Below, one piece after another: positions 8,943 to 17,370 of a stretch of 35,972 nt of DNA. This DNA comes from a virus (lineage: Duplodnaviria > Caudoviricetes). Below the pieces are notes generated by a model. It did not search any database and was not told the origin of the DNA. It worked only from the letters and a program-made list of their open reading frames with translations. The DNA lies in the IMG/VR virus record IMGVR_UViG_3300042366_000722, positions 1 through 35,972 of that record. One strand, 5' to 3'. How positions within the stretch are numbered: position 1 is the stretch's first letter; every line of letters starts with the position of its first letter. The position numbers and the translations under genes are program-made.

Positions 8943-10958
8943 TTACCGGGACCATATCCAATCCCCTCCAACATCAATAACCTGATTTGCTTGAAGCGAC
9001 ATGATGACTTTGCGAGCCTCGTATTTCCGCTTCTTAGGCTCGCATGTCAGTTTGCCGGCGCACGCTTCTACAGCTTCTTCGAGCAGCACGCACGGCGTCA
9101 ATGCCAACGCGCCACCCTGGCCAAACCGCTTTGAATTACGCAGCAGATCACCAATCACGGCATTGCATACCGATTGACGCTCACCACGAGGGCCGGCGGG
9201 TCGCGCCTTTTGCTCCGGAAGATCCATCGCCCGCACCACGCATGACGTAATCTCGTCGCCCTCGTAATCCTCGCCGATCACCACCGGGGCAAGCTCAAAG
9301 CCGAAATCATCGGTCTCCTTGCCGTCCTTGTTCTTGGCGATCTTCCATGACCGGACATCGCCGTCGCGAGTGATTTCCATCACCACATCGAGCGCAGCGA
9401 ACAGCGACGAATGCCCGCGCAATCCCCGGCTGGCGTCCTTGCCAACGTGATGCACGGCCAGCACCAACCCACCGATGGCGTGTTGCAGCTCCTGCATTCC
9501 CTCGATCACCGCGCCCATGCCCTCGCTGCTGTTCTCTTCCATGCCGAGCGCGGCCTGGGCCAGCGTGTCTAGGATGATGACGCCCTTCTCGAAAGCCATA
9601 TCCTGCAAGGTGCGGATAAGCTCGGCGCGGTCGGACTCCTGTCGAATGTCGAACGACTGCCGGACGATGAATGACACCGATTCGGGTATCTCGCCGAATT
9701 CGGTACGCCAGGCGCGCAACCGGCCGGAGAACCCGCCCGCACCCTCCAAGGCAAGATAAATTACCGGAGCCTTGAAGCAGCGATGACCGAAAAACATGCC
9801 CCCCTGACCGATTTGGAACGCGGCCTCCTGCGCAAGAAACGACTTGCCGGCGCCAGATTGCCCGCCCATGACGCCGATCCCCGTCTCCGGCAGGCAGTGC
9901 TTGATGCGCCAGCGCACCAAGGGCAGCGCCATGAGCATGCCGGCGGTCAGCGGCTGATACTTGCGAGTATGGCCGCGGGCGGTGCCCAAGTACCGCGCCA
10001 CGGCCTGCAAATCGGCCTCGCCGTGCATGTCGTTGATGTCGTAGTTGCTCGCCTTGTCAGCCGGCATTTCGACCCACTGGCAATCGAACGCGCGGGCGAT
10101 CTCGGCGGCCTGGTGTTCCTTGCCCTTGTCAGCCACGATAACGGGCTTGCAGGATAGGCCAGAAATCCACTCCACGGCTCGCAGCGTGTTCCCGGCACCG
10201 AAGGTGCAGACTGATACTGATCGACTCGCCTGGTGGCACGTCATGGCTGCGCCGATGCCTTCGCACACGTAGACGATGGAGTTGGCTGCGGGCTTACCGC
10301 CAACCACATGAAAGCCGGAGACCGGAAGGCCGGGGAAATTCAGCTTTGCCGAAGGCGTCACAAACTGGATCGTCGCCAGATCGCCATCGGGAGAATACGC
10401 CGGGACCATCAGTGCGCCATCGAGCGGGATGCCTTTCTGCGACACGCCACCGCGATACACGCGCAGGCCATCGGGCAGCATGCGCTTCTTGGTGATGTAC
10501 CAGTGCTCGAAGGTTGCCGCTTCGCCACCCTGCCATACGGCTTCGGCCTGTGCCACCGACGAGGCGGATGGGGTAGGCTGAGTCGCTCGCGCCACGCGAG
10601 CCGTGTGGATATTCACCACCCGTTCATCACGATGCCCTGCGGCGCGGGCCATTGCGAACAGCGTGCCGGCCTTGACTTCGCCATCCTTGATCGACTTCCA
10701 GACCGCCAGCGTATCGGCGGCGCCGCCGTAGTTGCTCGCCGAGGATGACCAGGCGTCGAATTCCTCGAAGGTGATTTCTGCCGCCTTGGCGGCCATGCCG
10801 ATCCTCACCCATTCTTCGCGGGGCACACCAGGATCGAGGGAATGCAGCGCGTTCAAGGCTTTCTCGTGGCTGTGGCGCATGCGGGGTCCGGTGCTGCGTC
10901 CGCTGTGGTAGGGGGCTGGGCGTGAGGGCCACCGGACGGAAACCCTCGGGCGTTGCAT
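8943..10958 (-). CDS. DNA primase-helicase (PriCT_2 + TOPRIM + RepA-type AAA helicase); may start at 10880
   Basis: REEWVRIGMA (PriCT_2), VYVCEGIG and IVADK (TOPRIM), Walker A GQSGAGKS, Walker B IILDT, HHVGKD..RGLRGHSSL. Confidence 0.88.
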   Translation of the reverse strand: MQRPRVSVRWPSRPAPYHSGRSTGPRMRHSHEKALNALHSLDPGVPREEWVRIGMAAKAAEITFEEFDAWSSSASNYGGAADTLAVWKSIKDGEVKAGTLFAMARAAGHRDERVVNIHTARVARATQPTPSASSVAQAEAVWQGGEAATFEHWYITKKRMLPDGLRVYRGGVSQKGIPLDGALMVPAYSPDGDLATIQFVTPSAKLNFPGLPVSGFHVVGGKPAANSIVYVCEGIGAAMTCHQASRSVSVCTFGAGNTLRAVEWISGLSCKPVIVADKGKEHQAAEIARAFDCQWVEMPADKASNYDINDMHGEADLQAVARYLGTARGHTRKYQPLTAGMLMALPLVRWRIKHCLPETGIGVMGGQSGAGKSFLAQEAAFQIGQGGMFFGHRCFKAPVIYLALEGAGGFSGRLRAWRTEFGEIPESVSFIVRQSFDIRQESDRAELIRTLQDMAFEKGVIILDTLAQAALGMEENSSEGMGAVIEGMQELQHAIGGLVLAVHHVGKDASRGLRGHSSLFAALDVVMEITRDGDVRSWKIAKNKDGKETDDFGFELAPVVIGEDYEGDEITSCVVRAMDLPEQKARPAGPRGERQSVCNAVIGDLLRNSKRFGQGGALALTPCVLLEEAVEACAGKLTCEPKKRKYEARKVIMSLQANQVIDVGGDWIWSR

Positions 10959-11443
10959 TCGCCCTGCCCAGCCTTGAGAATGGCCAGCACGTCATCCACA
11001 GATCGCGCCATGCCTGCCACGCCGCCATGAGCAGCGACCGTGGCCAAGAAGTTCTTTTGCGGATCGGACAGGCGTCCGACCTCTGATTTGCACTCGATGG
11101 CCAGTAGCCGGCCGTCTCGCATCTGCCCGATCACATCACTGCACCCAACAAAACCAGCGCGAAAAAATCGGGCATTGCGCCCGTCGCCGATCTTGAATGC
11201 GCCCGTATTCATCCGGCGCACCCACGCCACGGCGGGATGCAGCGCCAGCATCTTGAGCACAGCAGCGAGTATTCCCGCCTCGGGGCCGGGTTTCGGCTTG
11301 CGCTCCGAACGCGGAATGGCAGCCGGCGCTGGCTCAAGCGCGAACGTCGGCCCTTTGCCGAACGCCGCCGCGTAGAAATTCAGCGCTGCATCATTGGCGC
11401 GGCGCGTCTCCGCGAGGGTCTTGGTTTTTATCACGCGGGTCAC
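10853..11443 (-). CDS. VRR-NUC family nuclease
   Basis: GCSDVIG..DGRLLAIECKSEVGRLSDPQKNFL PD-(D/E)xK motif; GTG 11443 overlaps upstream stop. Confidence 0.85.
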   Translation of the reverse strand: MTRVIKTKTLAETRRANDAALNFYAAAFGKGPTFALEPAPAAIPRSERKPKPGPEAGILAAVLKMLALHPAVAWVRRMNTGAFKIGDGRNARFFRAGFVGCSDVIGQMRDGRLLAIECKSEVGRLSDPQKNFLATVAAHGGVAGMARSVDDVLAILKAGQGECNARGFPSGGPHAQPPTTADAAPDPACATATRKP

Positions 11444-11595
11444 AGCGTCGACCCGAATAACCGGCCCACCGGGTACGGCGCCGACCGCTGCCACCAGCTA
11501 CCCATGATCGCCTGCACCTGGTCCACCAGCGCATGGGGGGGGGCAATGCGCTGCCGAGAAATCACGCCATCATGGCAAACCGTTGCAACGATCAT
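11440..11595 (-). CDS. Hypothetical protein
   Basis: 51 aa, ATGA/GTGA coupling on both sides. Confidence 0.45.
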   Translation of the reverse strand: MIVATVCHDGVISRQRIAPPHALVDQVQAIMGSWWQRSAPYPVGRLFGSTL

Positions 11596-11780
11596 GCTGC
11601 CACCCTTGCGTGCATATCGTCCGCGATGCGCTGGCGCCACTGACGAATGTCCTGCACCTGCGTCAGCATGTAATCGACCAGTCCGGGCTTGTCGTCCGAT
11701 GCCCGATACCACTCGCGGATTTCTTCAATCGGGATGTCGAATTCGGCGGCGTACTCCTGCGCGGCTGTGGCGATGCTCAT
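11592..11780 (-). CDS. Hypothetical protein
   Basis: 62 aa, GGAGG RBS, ATGA overlap. Confidence 0.6.
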   Translation of the reverse strand: MSIATAAQEYAAEFDIPIEEIREWYRASDDKPGLVDYMLTQVQDIRQWRQRIADDMHARVAA

Positions 11781-12190
11781 GCCGCCCTCCCAACCAGTAG
11801 ATTTTTCAGCATGGCGTTTTCGGCTTCCGCCGCTTTTGCTCTGTCTTCGGCCTCATCGGCGCGGCGCTCGGCTTCGGACTGGATCACAACAAGGGTGCAG
11901 CCGATCTTGAACGCACGCCATTCGGGGTAGACCTTGTTTCCGACAGCGCGGCAAAACTCCGATTCCTTGTCGGCTTGTAGCGTGGCCTCCCCCTTCTTGA
12001 TGCGTGAAAACGTACCGGCATCAATGCCAAGCTGCATGTAGATTTCTTTGTCTTCCAGCCCGGAAGCCTGACAGGCCAATGCAAACGCTGCGGCCGCGCT
12101 ATGCTGGCGGCGGATCAGATCGATTGGAATTTCGGCCTGTTCAGGGGGGCGAGTCAGTGCCAGTTCTAGGTGGTGCGCAATCCGGTTCAT
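11777..12190 (-). CDS. HTH transcriptional regulator in the cII position
   Basis: SGLEDKEIYMQLGIDAGTFSRIKKG HTH plus C-terminal coiled coil; GGAG RBS before ATG 12190; downstream of cro. Confidence 0.65.
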   Translation of the reverse strand: MNRIAHHLELALTRPPEQAEIPIDLIRRQHSAAAAFALACQASGLEDKEIYMQLGIDAGTFSRIKKGEATLQADKESEFCRAVGNKVYPEWRAFKIGCTLVVIQSEAERRADEAEDRAKAAEAENAMLKNLLVGRAA

Positions 12191-12273
12191 TAAATTTGCT
12201 CCGAGTTGACTAACCAAAATTGGCGAAAAAAAGCAGAGTGACGGCATGAAAACAAACCGGATACACTCCCGCC

Positions 12274-12519
12274 ATGAACAAGGCCTTGGAATTCGTCGGA
12301 TTCAATCTCTGGCTGCTGGCCGTGACCGGCATCGCGTCCGGCGCGTTTCTGCTTTGCGCGAAGGTGATCAAGGCCATCGGCCTGAACGAAACCCCCGAGG
12401 CGTGGCTGCTGTGGGTCGTGTGCCTGCCCGTATTTGTCTGGACGTGGTACTTCGTCGGCAGCCGGTCGCTGCGACTGGTCCAGGCGTACTACAACCGGCG
12501 CGATCCGAGGAAGCATTAG
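12274..12519 (+). CDS. Small membrane protein (2 TM), antisense to the cro operon
   Basis: 81 aa with two hydrophobic segments; stop overlaps the cro stop. Confidence 0.55.
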   Translation: MNKALEFVGFNLWLLAVTGIASGAFLLCAKVIKAIGLNETPEAWLLWVVCLPVFVWTWYFVGSRSLRLVQAYYNRRDPRKH

Positions 12520-12722
12520 GCGGCCTTCGCCGTACCGCTGGCGCCGACTTTCGCCCGCCTGATCTGGCGCCGGAACATCTCGCCATGTTCCAGTTGAACT
12601 CGCGCCGGGATTCCCCGTGCGAGCCAGTTCGTTACTCGCTGCGGCCCGAACTGTCCATAGTTCAGCCGCCTTGCCAGTTCAGCCGGCCCCCCGAATGCTT
12701 CAATGACTGTTTTAGCTTCCAT
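12516..12722 (-). CDS. cro: Cro-like repressor
   Basis: 68 aa; IEAFGGPAELARRL....QRVTNWLARGIP; divergent from cI-like gene. Confidence 0.8.
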   Translation of the reverse strand: MEAKTVIEAFGGPAELARRLNYGQFGPQRVTNWLARGIPARVQLEHGEMFRRQIRRAKVGASGTAKAA

Positions 12723-12730
12723 AGGCCAGA

Positions 12731-12759
12731 AGTATTGCCGAATAAACGCGATGTGTCAA
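12731..12759 (-). promoter_or_regulatory. Sigma70 promoter for cro operon (PR-like)
   Basis: TTGACA-17 nt-AATACT on minus strand directly ahead of cro. Confidence 0.65.
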
Positions 12760-12793
12760 GCGCGATATACATTCATCTGTTTAGCATCAAGCG

Positions 12794-13201
12794 ATGCGAA
12801 TGACTACCGATAAACGGGTGCGCCTGCTAATGAAGGCGACCGATACCGAGGGCAACCAGGCCGAGTTCGGCCGTGTTGCAGGGGTCGGGCGCGCAACCGT
12901 CAATCAATGGCTCTACGCTGACAACACCAGGTCGATAAACTCCGAGGCCGCTTTCCGGCTCTCCGACAAAACGGGGATGTCCGCGCGCTGGGTTGCCTTG
13001 GGCGAGGGGCCGCAAAAAGACTTGAGCGCCAAATTCGGGAAGTTCGATGAATCTGATCTGGATGTTCTGGCCGATCTGTCCGAGCTTCTTTATGAGGATG
13101 CGGCGGACTTCAAGGCGAAGATTAGAAACGCCGCAGAAAAAGCCCGGAGATACCGGCAAAAGGAACCGGATTCCCCCATCCGGCGCACCGGGACAAGATA
13201 A
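12794..13201 (+). CDS. CI-like HTH repressor (no S24 peptidase domain visible)
   Basis: NQAEFGRVAGVGRATVNQWL HTH and SARWVALGEGP motif; divergent from cro; only 135 aa. Confidence 0.75.
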   Translation: MRMTTDKRVRLLMKATDTEGNQAEFGRVAGVGRATVNQWLYADNTRSINSEAAFRLSDKTGMSARWVALGEGPQKDLSAKFGKFDESDLDVLADLSELLYEDAADFKAKIRNAAEKARRYRQKEPDSPIRRTGTR

Positions 13202-13342
13202 CCCTCCCCCGGCTGCGCGTGATCCGGGTTAATGCTAAAGTCATATCTCTAAAGAGTTATATGGATAACCGTGACGAACTGATTAGGCTGGCTAAGTAGG
13301 CGCAGCGGCAGCGCTTTTGCCGTACTTATTTTGGGGCGCATC

Positions 13343-13633
13343 ATGAAAACCATCATTGCATCTGTACTGTTCGCGTCGTCAATGCTTCCGGCTTTTGCAG
13401 CCGATCACAGTCCGCTTGAGACTACCGATCAAGCTCGCCAGCGTCATTCTGCGGAAAACTACGAGGCACAGCGCAGGCAAGAAAACCAGTTGCTTACTCC
13501 GTCGTACCAGCATCCGCTGGGCAGCCCTTCGGTTTCCGGCATTGAACGGCCCGGCTACGTCTCCCCGCAACCGGCCTATCAGCCGGCTACCACTCATGGC
13601 GGAAACTGGCGGGACCGCGTCAAAGGGCGCTGA
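13343..13633 (+). CDS. Secreted/periplasmic hypothetical protein (moron-like)
   Basis: MKTIIASVLFASSMLPAFA signal peptide with AFA cleavage site; followed by terminator. Confidence 0.65.
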   Translation: MKTIIASVLFASSMLPAFAADHSPLETTDQARQRHSAENYEAQRRQENQLLTPSYQHPLGSPSVSGIERPGYVSPQPAYQPATTHGGNWRDRVKGR

Positions 13634-13682
13634 TTCTCTCCTGGCTGCGCTAGTCGGCGCCGGCTGAACCCCATCCGGTAAT

Positions 13683-13710
13683 AAAGCCCGCTCGGTGCGG
13701 GCTTTTTTTT
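13683..13710 (+). terminator. Rho-independent terminator
   Basis: AAAGCCCGC-TCGGT-GCGGGCTTTTTTTT. Confidence 0.9.
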
Positions 13711-13738
13711 CGCCTTACGTCTTACGCGTATATTCCTA

Positions 13739-13767
13739 TTGACACGCTTTGTTTATTCCTCCATACT
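13739..13767 (+). promoter_or_regulatory. Sigma70 promoter of the early recombination/integron/int operon (PL-like)
   Basis: TTGACA-17 nt-CATACT; shares TTGACAC-n5-GTTTATTC with the cro promoter. Confidence 0.75.
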
Positions 13768-13906
13768 GCCATCAATCGCTGAACAACGCGACAGGCAAAA
13801 GCCCCGAGCGGGCCGAGTCAGCCAAGGAAAGAAAGCCCTCTGCCACCGGCAAGGCGTGATCCGACAGCGACACAGCCGACCAGTGCAACGAACATAGGGG
13901 ATTGTC

Positions 13907-14200
13907 ATGGGGTATTTTGAACTCGCCGTAAATCTCACCCGCGCCGAAGCCGCGCCCACGCTGGCGAAGGTTGCCAGCAAGGCTATCGCGCTCAAGACGA
14001 TCAAGAACCGGGCACAGGAAACGTGCTGCTGTTCCTCGTATTCCTTCCCACACCGCGCCGGCTCTGGCTGGTGCCCCGGCGTGAATCGCAACGACGAGCG
14101 CAGCGCAGAAGCCGAGCGCACACGCGAAGAAATCAACGCCGAAGAACTCGCCCTGTTTGATCGGGCCGAGGCTCGGGCTGTCAATTCAGGGGCGCGGTGA
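13907..14200 (+). CDS. Hypothetical protein (Cys/His motif)
   Basis: 97 aa with CCCSSYSFPHRAGSGWC motif; TGATG overlap with next gene. Confidence 0.6.
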   Translation: MGYFELAVNLTRAEAAPTLAKVASKAIALKTIKNRAQETCCCSSYSFPHRAGSGWCPGVNRNDERSAEAERTREEINAEELALFDRAEARAVNSGAR

Positions 14201-14373
14201 TGAACGCCCTGCGCTCCCTGTTCATTCAAATGTGTCTCTGGTGGATCGAGCGCGACATTCGATTCATTCAGCACCAGCGCGAAATGATGCTCGAACACCT
14301 GACCGAAGCGCGCAATCAGCGCATGGCATGGCTGGCCGAGTTGGATGATATTTCAATGGATCGGCCATGCTGA
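14200..14373 (+). CDS. Hypothetical protein
   Basis: Not in ORF track; MNALRSLFIQMCLWWIERD..., 57 aa, overlaps neighbours at both ends. Confidence 0.55.
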   Translation: MNALRSLFIQMCLWWIERDIRFIQHQREMMLEHLTEARNQRMAWLAELDDISMDRPC

Positions 14374-14573
14374 CCAAGGACGCCGCCGTATTCGCCGGGG
14401 TCTGCGTAATGGGCATCTTCGCGCTCGGCCTTGAGATCGGCAAGCAGCATCAGCCGATGCTCTGTCCGGTCGTTCCCGGTCAGCAGATCGTCAGCACCGT
14501 GGCGCCGGATGTTTGCGTCTATGCCAGCAGTTACGGCAGGGCGCTTCGCAAAGTGAAGGCGGTCAAATCATGA
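14367..14573 (+). CDS. Hypothetical membrane-anchored protein
   Basis: 68 aa with N-terminal hydrophobic helix. Confidence 0.55.
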   Translation: MLTKDAAVFAGVCVMGIFALGLEIGKQHQPMLCPVVPGQQIVSTVAPDVCVYASSYGRALRKVKAVKS

Positions 14574-14660
14574 GTGATGACGGCGGCCAATGGTGGCAAA
14601 CCGTAGGACAGCAGGAGCAGCAACGCGCAGACGCGCAATCAACCGGACAGGAGATTAATC

Positions 14661-15536
14661 ATGTTTCAGAAAGCAACCAAGAAGCAAGCCAAGCTGCGGC
14701 TGGCAATCAGCGGCCCGAGCGGATCGGGCAAGACGATGGGCGCGTTACAGGTCGCCTCGGGTCTTGGCGGTAAGCTCGCTCTGGTCGATACCGAACACGG
14801 CAGCGCCAGTCTGTATTCCGGGCGCTTCGCCTTCGACGTGCTGGAACTGGCCCCGCCATTCGCGCCTGAACGCTTCATTGAAGCCATCAACGGCGCTGCG
14901 GCAGCCGGCTACACCGCGCTGATCATCGACAGCGTAACGCACGAATGGGATGGATCGGGCGGCATCCTCGACATTCACGACAAGGTGACACGCGCCGCCA
15001 AGAGCGGCAACAGCTACACCGCCTGGGCGGAAGTCACCCCGCGCCACAATGCGCTGCTGAATGCCATCCTGCGCGCCCCGATCCACATCATTTGCACCCT
15101 GCGCAGCAAGACCGAATATGTCCTGCAAGACGTAGGCGGCAAGTCGGTTCCGCGCAAGCTCGGCATGGCCCCGATCCAGCGCGCCGGCTTCGAGTACGAG
15201 TTCACCACGGTGCTTGATCTGTCCCTCGACAATCACCTGGCCACCGCCACCAAGGACCGCACCAGTCTGTTCGATGGACAGACACCGGAGGCGCTGTCTG
15301 CAGCCACCGGCAAGAAGATGCTTGACTGGCTCAACGATGGCGAACAGCAAGCGCACTACGACGTCGACGCCGCGCTGGCCCGCATGGAGCGCGCCCACAG
15401 CCTGGATGAACTCGCCGCCACCTTCACCGAGCTTTGGCCTGCCGTGCCGCTGGAACACAAGCAGCGCATCGCCGCCGCAAAAGACCACTACAAATCCAAA
15501 TTCAATCCTAATCCCACACAAGGAGCCGCCGCATGA
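14661..15536 (+). CDS. Sak4-like (AAA_24) ssDNA annealing ATPase
   Basis: Walker A GPSGSGKT, LVDTEHGSA, IIDSVTHEW, FEYEF; AGGAG RBS. Confidence 0.85.
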   Translation: MFQKATKKQAKLRLAISGPSGSGKTMGALQVASGLGGKLALVDTEHGSASLYSGRFAFDVLELAPPFAPERFIEAINGAAAAGYTALIIDSVTHEWDGSGGILDIHDKVTRAAKSGNSYTAWAEVTPRHNALLNAILRAPIHIICTLRSKTEYVLQDVGGKSVPRKLGMAPIQRAGFEYEFTTVLDLSLDNHLATATKDRTSLFDGQTPEALSAATGKKMLDWLNDGEQQAHYDVDAALARMERAHSLDELAATFTELWPAVPLEHKQRIAAAKDHYKSKFNPNPTQGAAA

Positions 15537-16249
15537 ACGCACCCACCACCCCGAATCTGACCACCCCGCCGACCTACGGCTACGACACCACCCACGCCGC
15601 TGCTGCTGACACTGGCGGAATGGGCAAGTTCATTGACGAGTCCGGCGAGTACGTCGGCGCCATCACCTACGCTCGCGCCGTCCAATCCTCGAAGGGAGGA
15701 TGGGGCGTCGAGATCGCATTCCAGGCCGACGACGGCCGCAAGACGAAATACCCAATGACCCTCTGGACGCTCGCCGCCGATGGCGCCCGCCAGTTCGGGC
15801 ATGACATCCTCGACACCGTTTTGATCTGCGCCGGCATGAAACCCGCGATGGCCATGAAGCCCGGCAAGGTCACGTACACCGTCTATGACTTCGACCTGCG
15901 CGCCGATGTCGAAAAGGAAGGCGACGGCTATCCCGGCCTGACCGGCAAGCGCATCGGCCTGCTGATCCAGCGCGAGATGTACACCACCAAGGCCGGCAAG
16001 GATGCAGCGCGGCACTCGATCTATGGCGCCTTCGATGCCGAGACACGGCAGGCAGCGAGCGAGAAGCTGGAAAGCAAGCCCGCGGTAATCACCGAGAAGC
16101 GCCTGGCATCGCTCAAGGATCGCGACTCGCGCACCGCTGGCGCACCGGCTGGAAGCTACGACAACGGGTTCAGCGCACCAAGCGGCGCACCGAATCCCGC
16201 GCCGGCTGCCGGATCGTTTGATGACATGGCTGACGATATTCTGTTCTGA
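15533..16249 (+). CDS. Putative single-stranded DNA-binding protein
   Basis: Follows Sak4; FIDESGEYVG start and acidic-aromatic tail DDMADDILF. Confidence 0.7.
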   Translation: MNAPTTPNLTTPPTYGYDTTHAAAADTGGMGKFIDESGEYVGAITYARAVQSSKGGWGVEIAFQADDGRKTKYPMTLWTLAADGARQFGHDILDTVLICAGMKPAMAMKPGKVTYTVYDFDLRADVEKEGDGYPGLTGKRIGLLIQREMYTTKAGKDAARHSIYGAFDAETRQAASEKLESKPAVITEKRLASLKDRDSRTAGAPAGSYDNGFSAPSGAPNPAPAAGSFDDMADDILF

Positions 16250-16251
16250 TC

Positions 16252-16755
16252 ATGGGACTCCCCGCCCTCTACGAACTGGCGTCTGAGTACCGCGCCGCCG
16301 CCGCGCAGCTTGCCGACCTCGACCTTCCTCCGGAGGTTGTGGCCGACACGCTCGAAGGCTTGGCCGGCGATCTGGAAACCAAGTCGACCAACGTCGCCAT
16401 GTTCATCCGCTCGCTAGATGCTACCGCTGCGCAGATCAAGGACGCCGAAGCCGCAATGGCAGCCAGGCGCAAGGCCATCGAAGCCCGCGCTGATCATGTA
16501 CGCAAGTACCTGCTGGACAACATGCAGGCGTGTGGCATTACAAAGATCGAATCGCCCTGGTTCAAATTGTCTGTTCGCCAGAATCCGGCTGCCGTGGTAA
16601 TTGATAACGCTGGACTGATACCGGGGAATCTGTACGTCTACCCGTCAGCGCCGGAACCCTACCCCGATAAAAAAGCGATCAAGGCCGCCATCGAAGCCGG
16701 TATTGAATTTGAGGGCGCGCACCTTGAGCGCGGCGTAAGACTTGAAATCAAGTGA
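16252..16755 (+). CDS. Siphovirus Gp157 family protein
   Basis: LYELASEY...DTLEGL.GDLETK...RQNPAAV...PDKKAIKAAI. Confidence 0.85.
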   Translation: MGLPALYELASEYRAAAAQLADLDLPPEVVADTLEGLAGDLETKSTNVAMFIRSLDATAAQIKDAEAAMAARRKAIEARADHVRKYLLDNMQACGITKIESPWFKLSVRQNPAAVVIDNAGLIPGNLYVYPSAPEPYPDKKAIKAAIEAGIEFEGAHLERGVRLEIK

Positions 16756-16943
16756 ATGACAGACACCACCAAGGCACCGAAAGCCTCCTAGAACTCGCCG
16801 CCGAACTCGAAGAAGTCGCGCCGAATGTCGAGGAATTCTTCAGCCACAAGCGGGCGGCGGCTCTCATGCGGAAAACGGCGGGAGTGGTGCGGAGGCTTGC
16901 GCCACTTGAACCGGAAATTGATGTCGTGCTGGGGGAGCATTGA
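16752..16943 (+). CDS. Hypothetical protein
   Basis: 63 aa, GTGA overlap upstream, TGATG overlap downstream. Confidence 0.55.
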   Translation: MNDRHHQGTESLLELAAELEEVAPNVEEFFSHKRAAALMRKTAGVVRRLAPLEPEIDVVLGEH

Positions 16944-17026
16944 TGAGTCTCAACGCAAAAGCTGTGGGGCTGGACGCCGCAGGCGGACAGTCCCACACGA
17001 GCGACGGGTTGTGCCCCGGCGATTGA
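16943..17026 (+). CDS. 27-aa mini-ORF reading through the attC hairpin
   Basis: MSLNAKAVGLDAAGGQSHTSDGLCPGD*; GGGGAG SD and TGATG coupling; stop lies just before the RBS of the cassette gene. Confidence 0.5.
   Translation: MSLNAKAVGLDAAGGQSHTSDGLCPGD
16948..17014 (-). other. attC recombination site (67 bp)
   Basis: Minus strand: R'' GCACAAC-5 nt-L'' GCTCGTGT...L' CCACAGC-6 nt-R' GTTGAGA; imperfect hairpin with unpaired extra bases on the R''-L'' arm. Confidence 0.85.
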
Positions 17027-17370
17027 ACGGAGAACGAAATGCAGCAATGCGAGCGACTGCGAAAGCACAACCGCTGGAGGCGCGGCGACAAGCGCCTGAA
17101 GATGCCAGACCCGAAAGAACTCGGGGAACTGATCGACGGCGTGGCCGACCGGCTGGAAGTGCTGGAGCGCGAACACACGGAGTTTTTCGACCGCTGGCAC
17201 GATGAGCGGCGGAAGCGAGAGAAGCTGGCGTACGACGTTGAGCGGTGTTATCGGATGCTGCTATCGGAGCCAGACACGAAGGGCGCACTTTTCAAGGCCG
17301 AAAACATCCTGCGCGAGGCGCTGGGCGACCAGAAAGTCGGCGCTGGCGGGACGGCACCCGAGGGGCACAA
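16954..17370 (-). mobile_element. Integron gene cassette (417 bp) carrying an inverted ORF
   Basis: Bounded by AAC crossover triplets at 16952-54 and 17369-71; GTTGTGCCCC (17008-17017) is a perfect 10-bp complement of GGGGCACAAC (17362-17371), as expected for R''/R' of one circular cassette. Confidence 0.8.

Noticed and set aside
13770-16947. Further integron cassettes upstream of the attC
   Set aside because: I found no second attC and no GTTGAGAC complement to the R' box by eye; the genes there are core recombination genes coupled by overlaps
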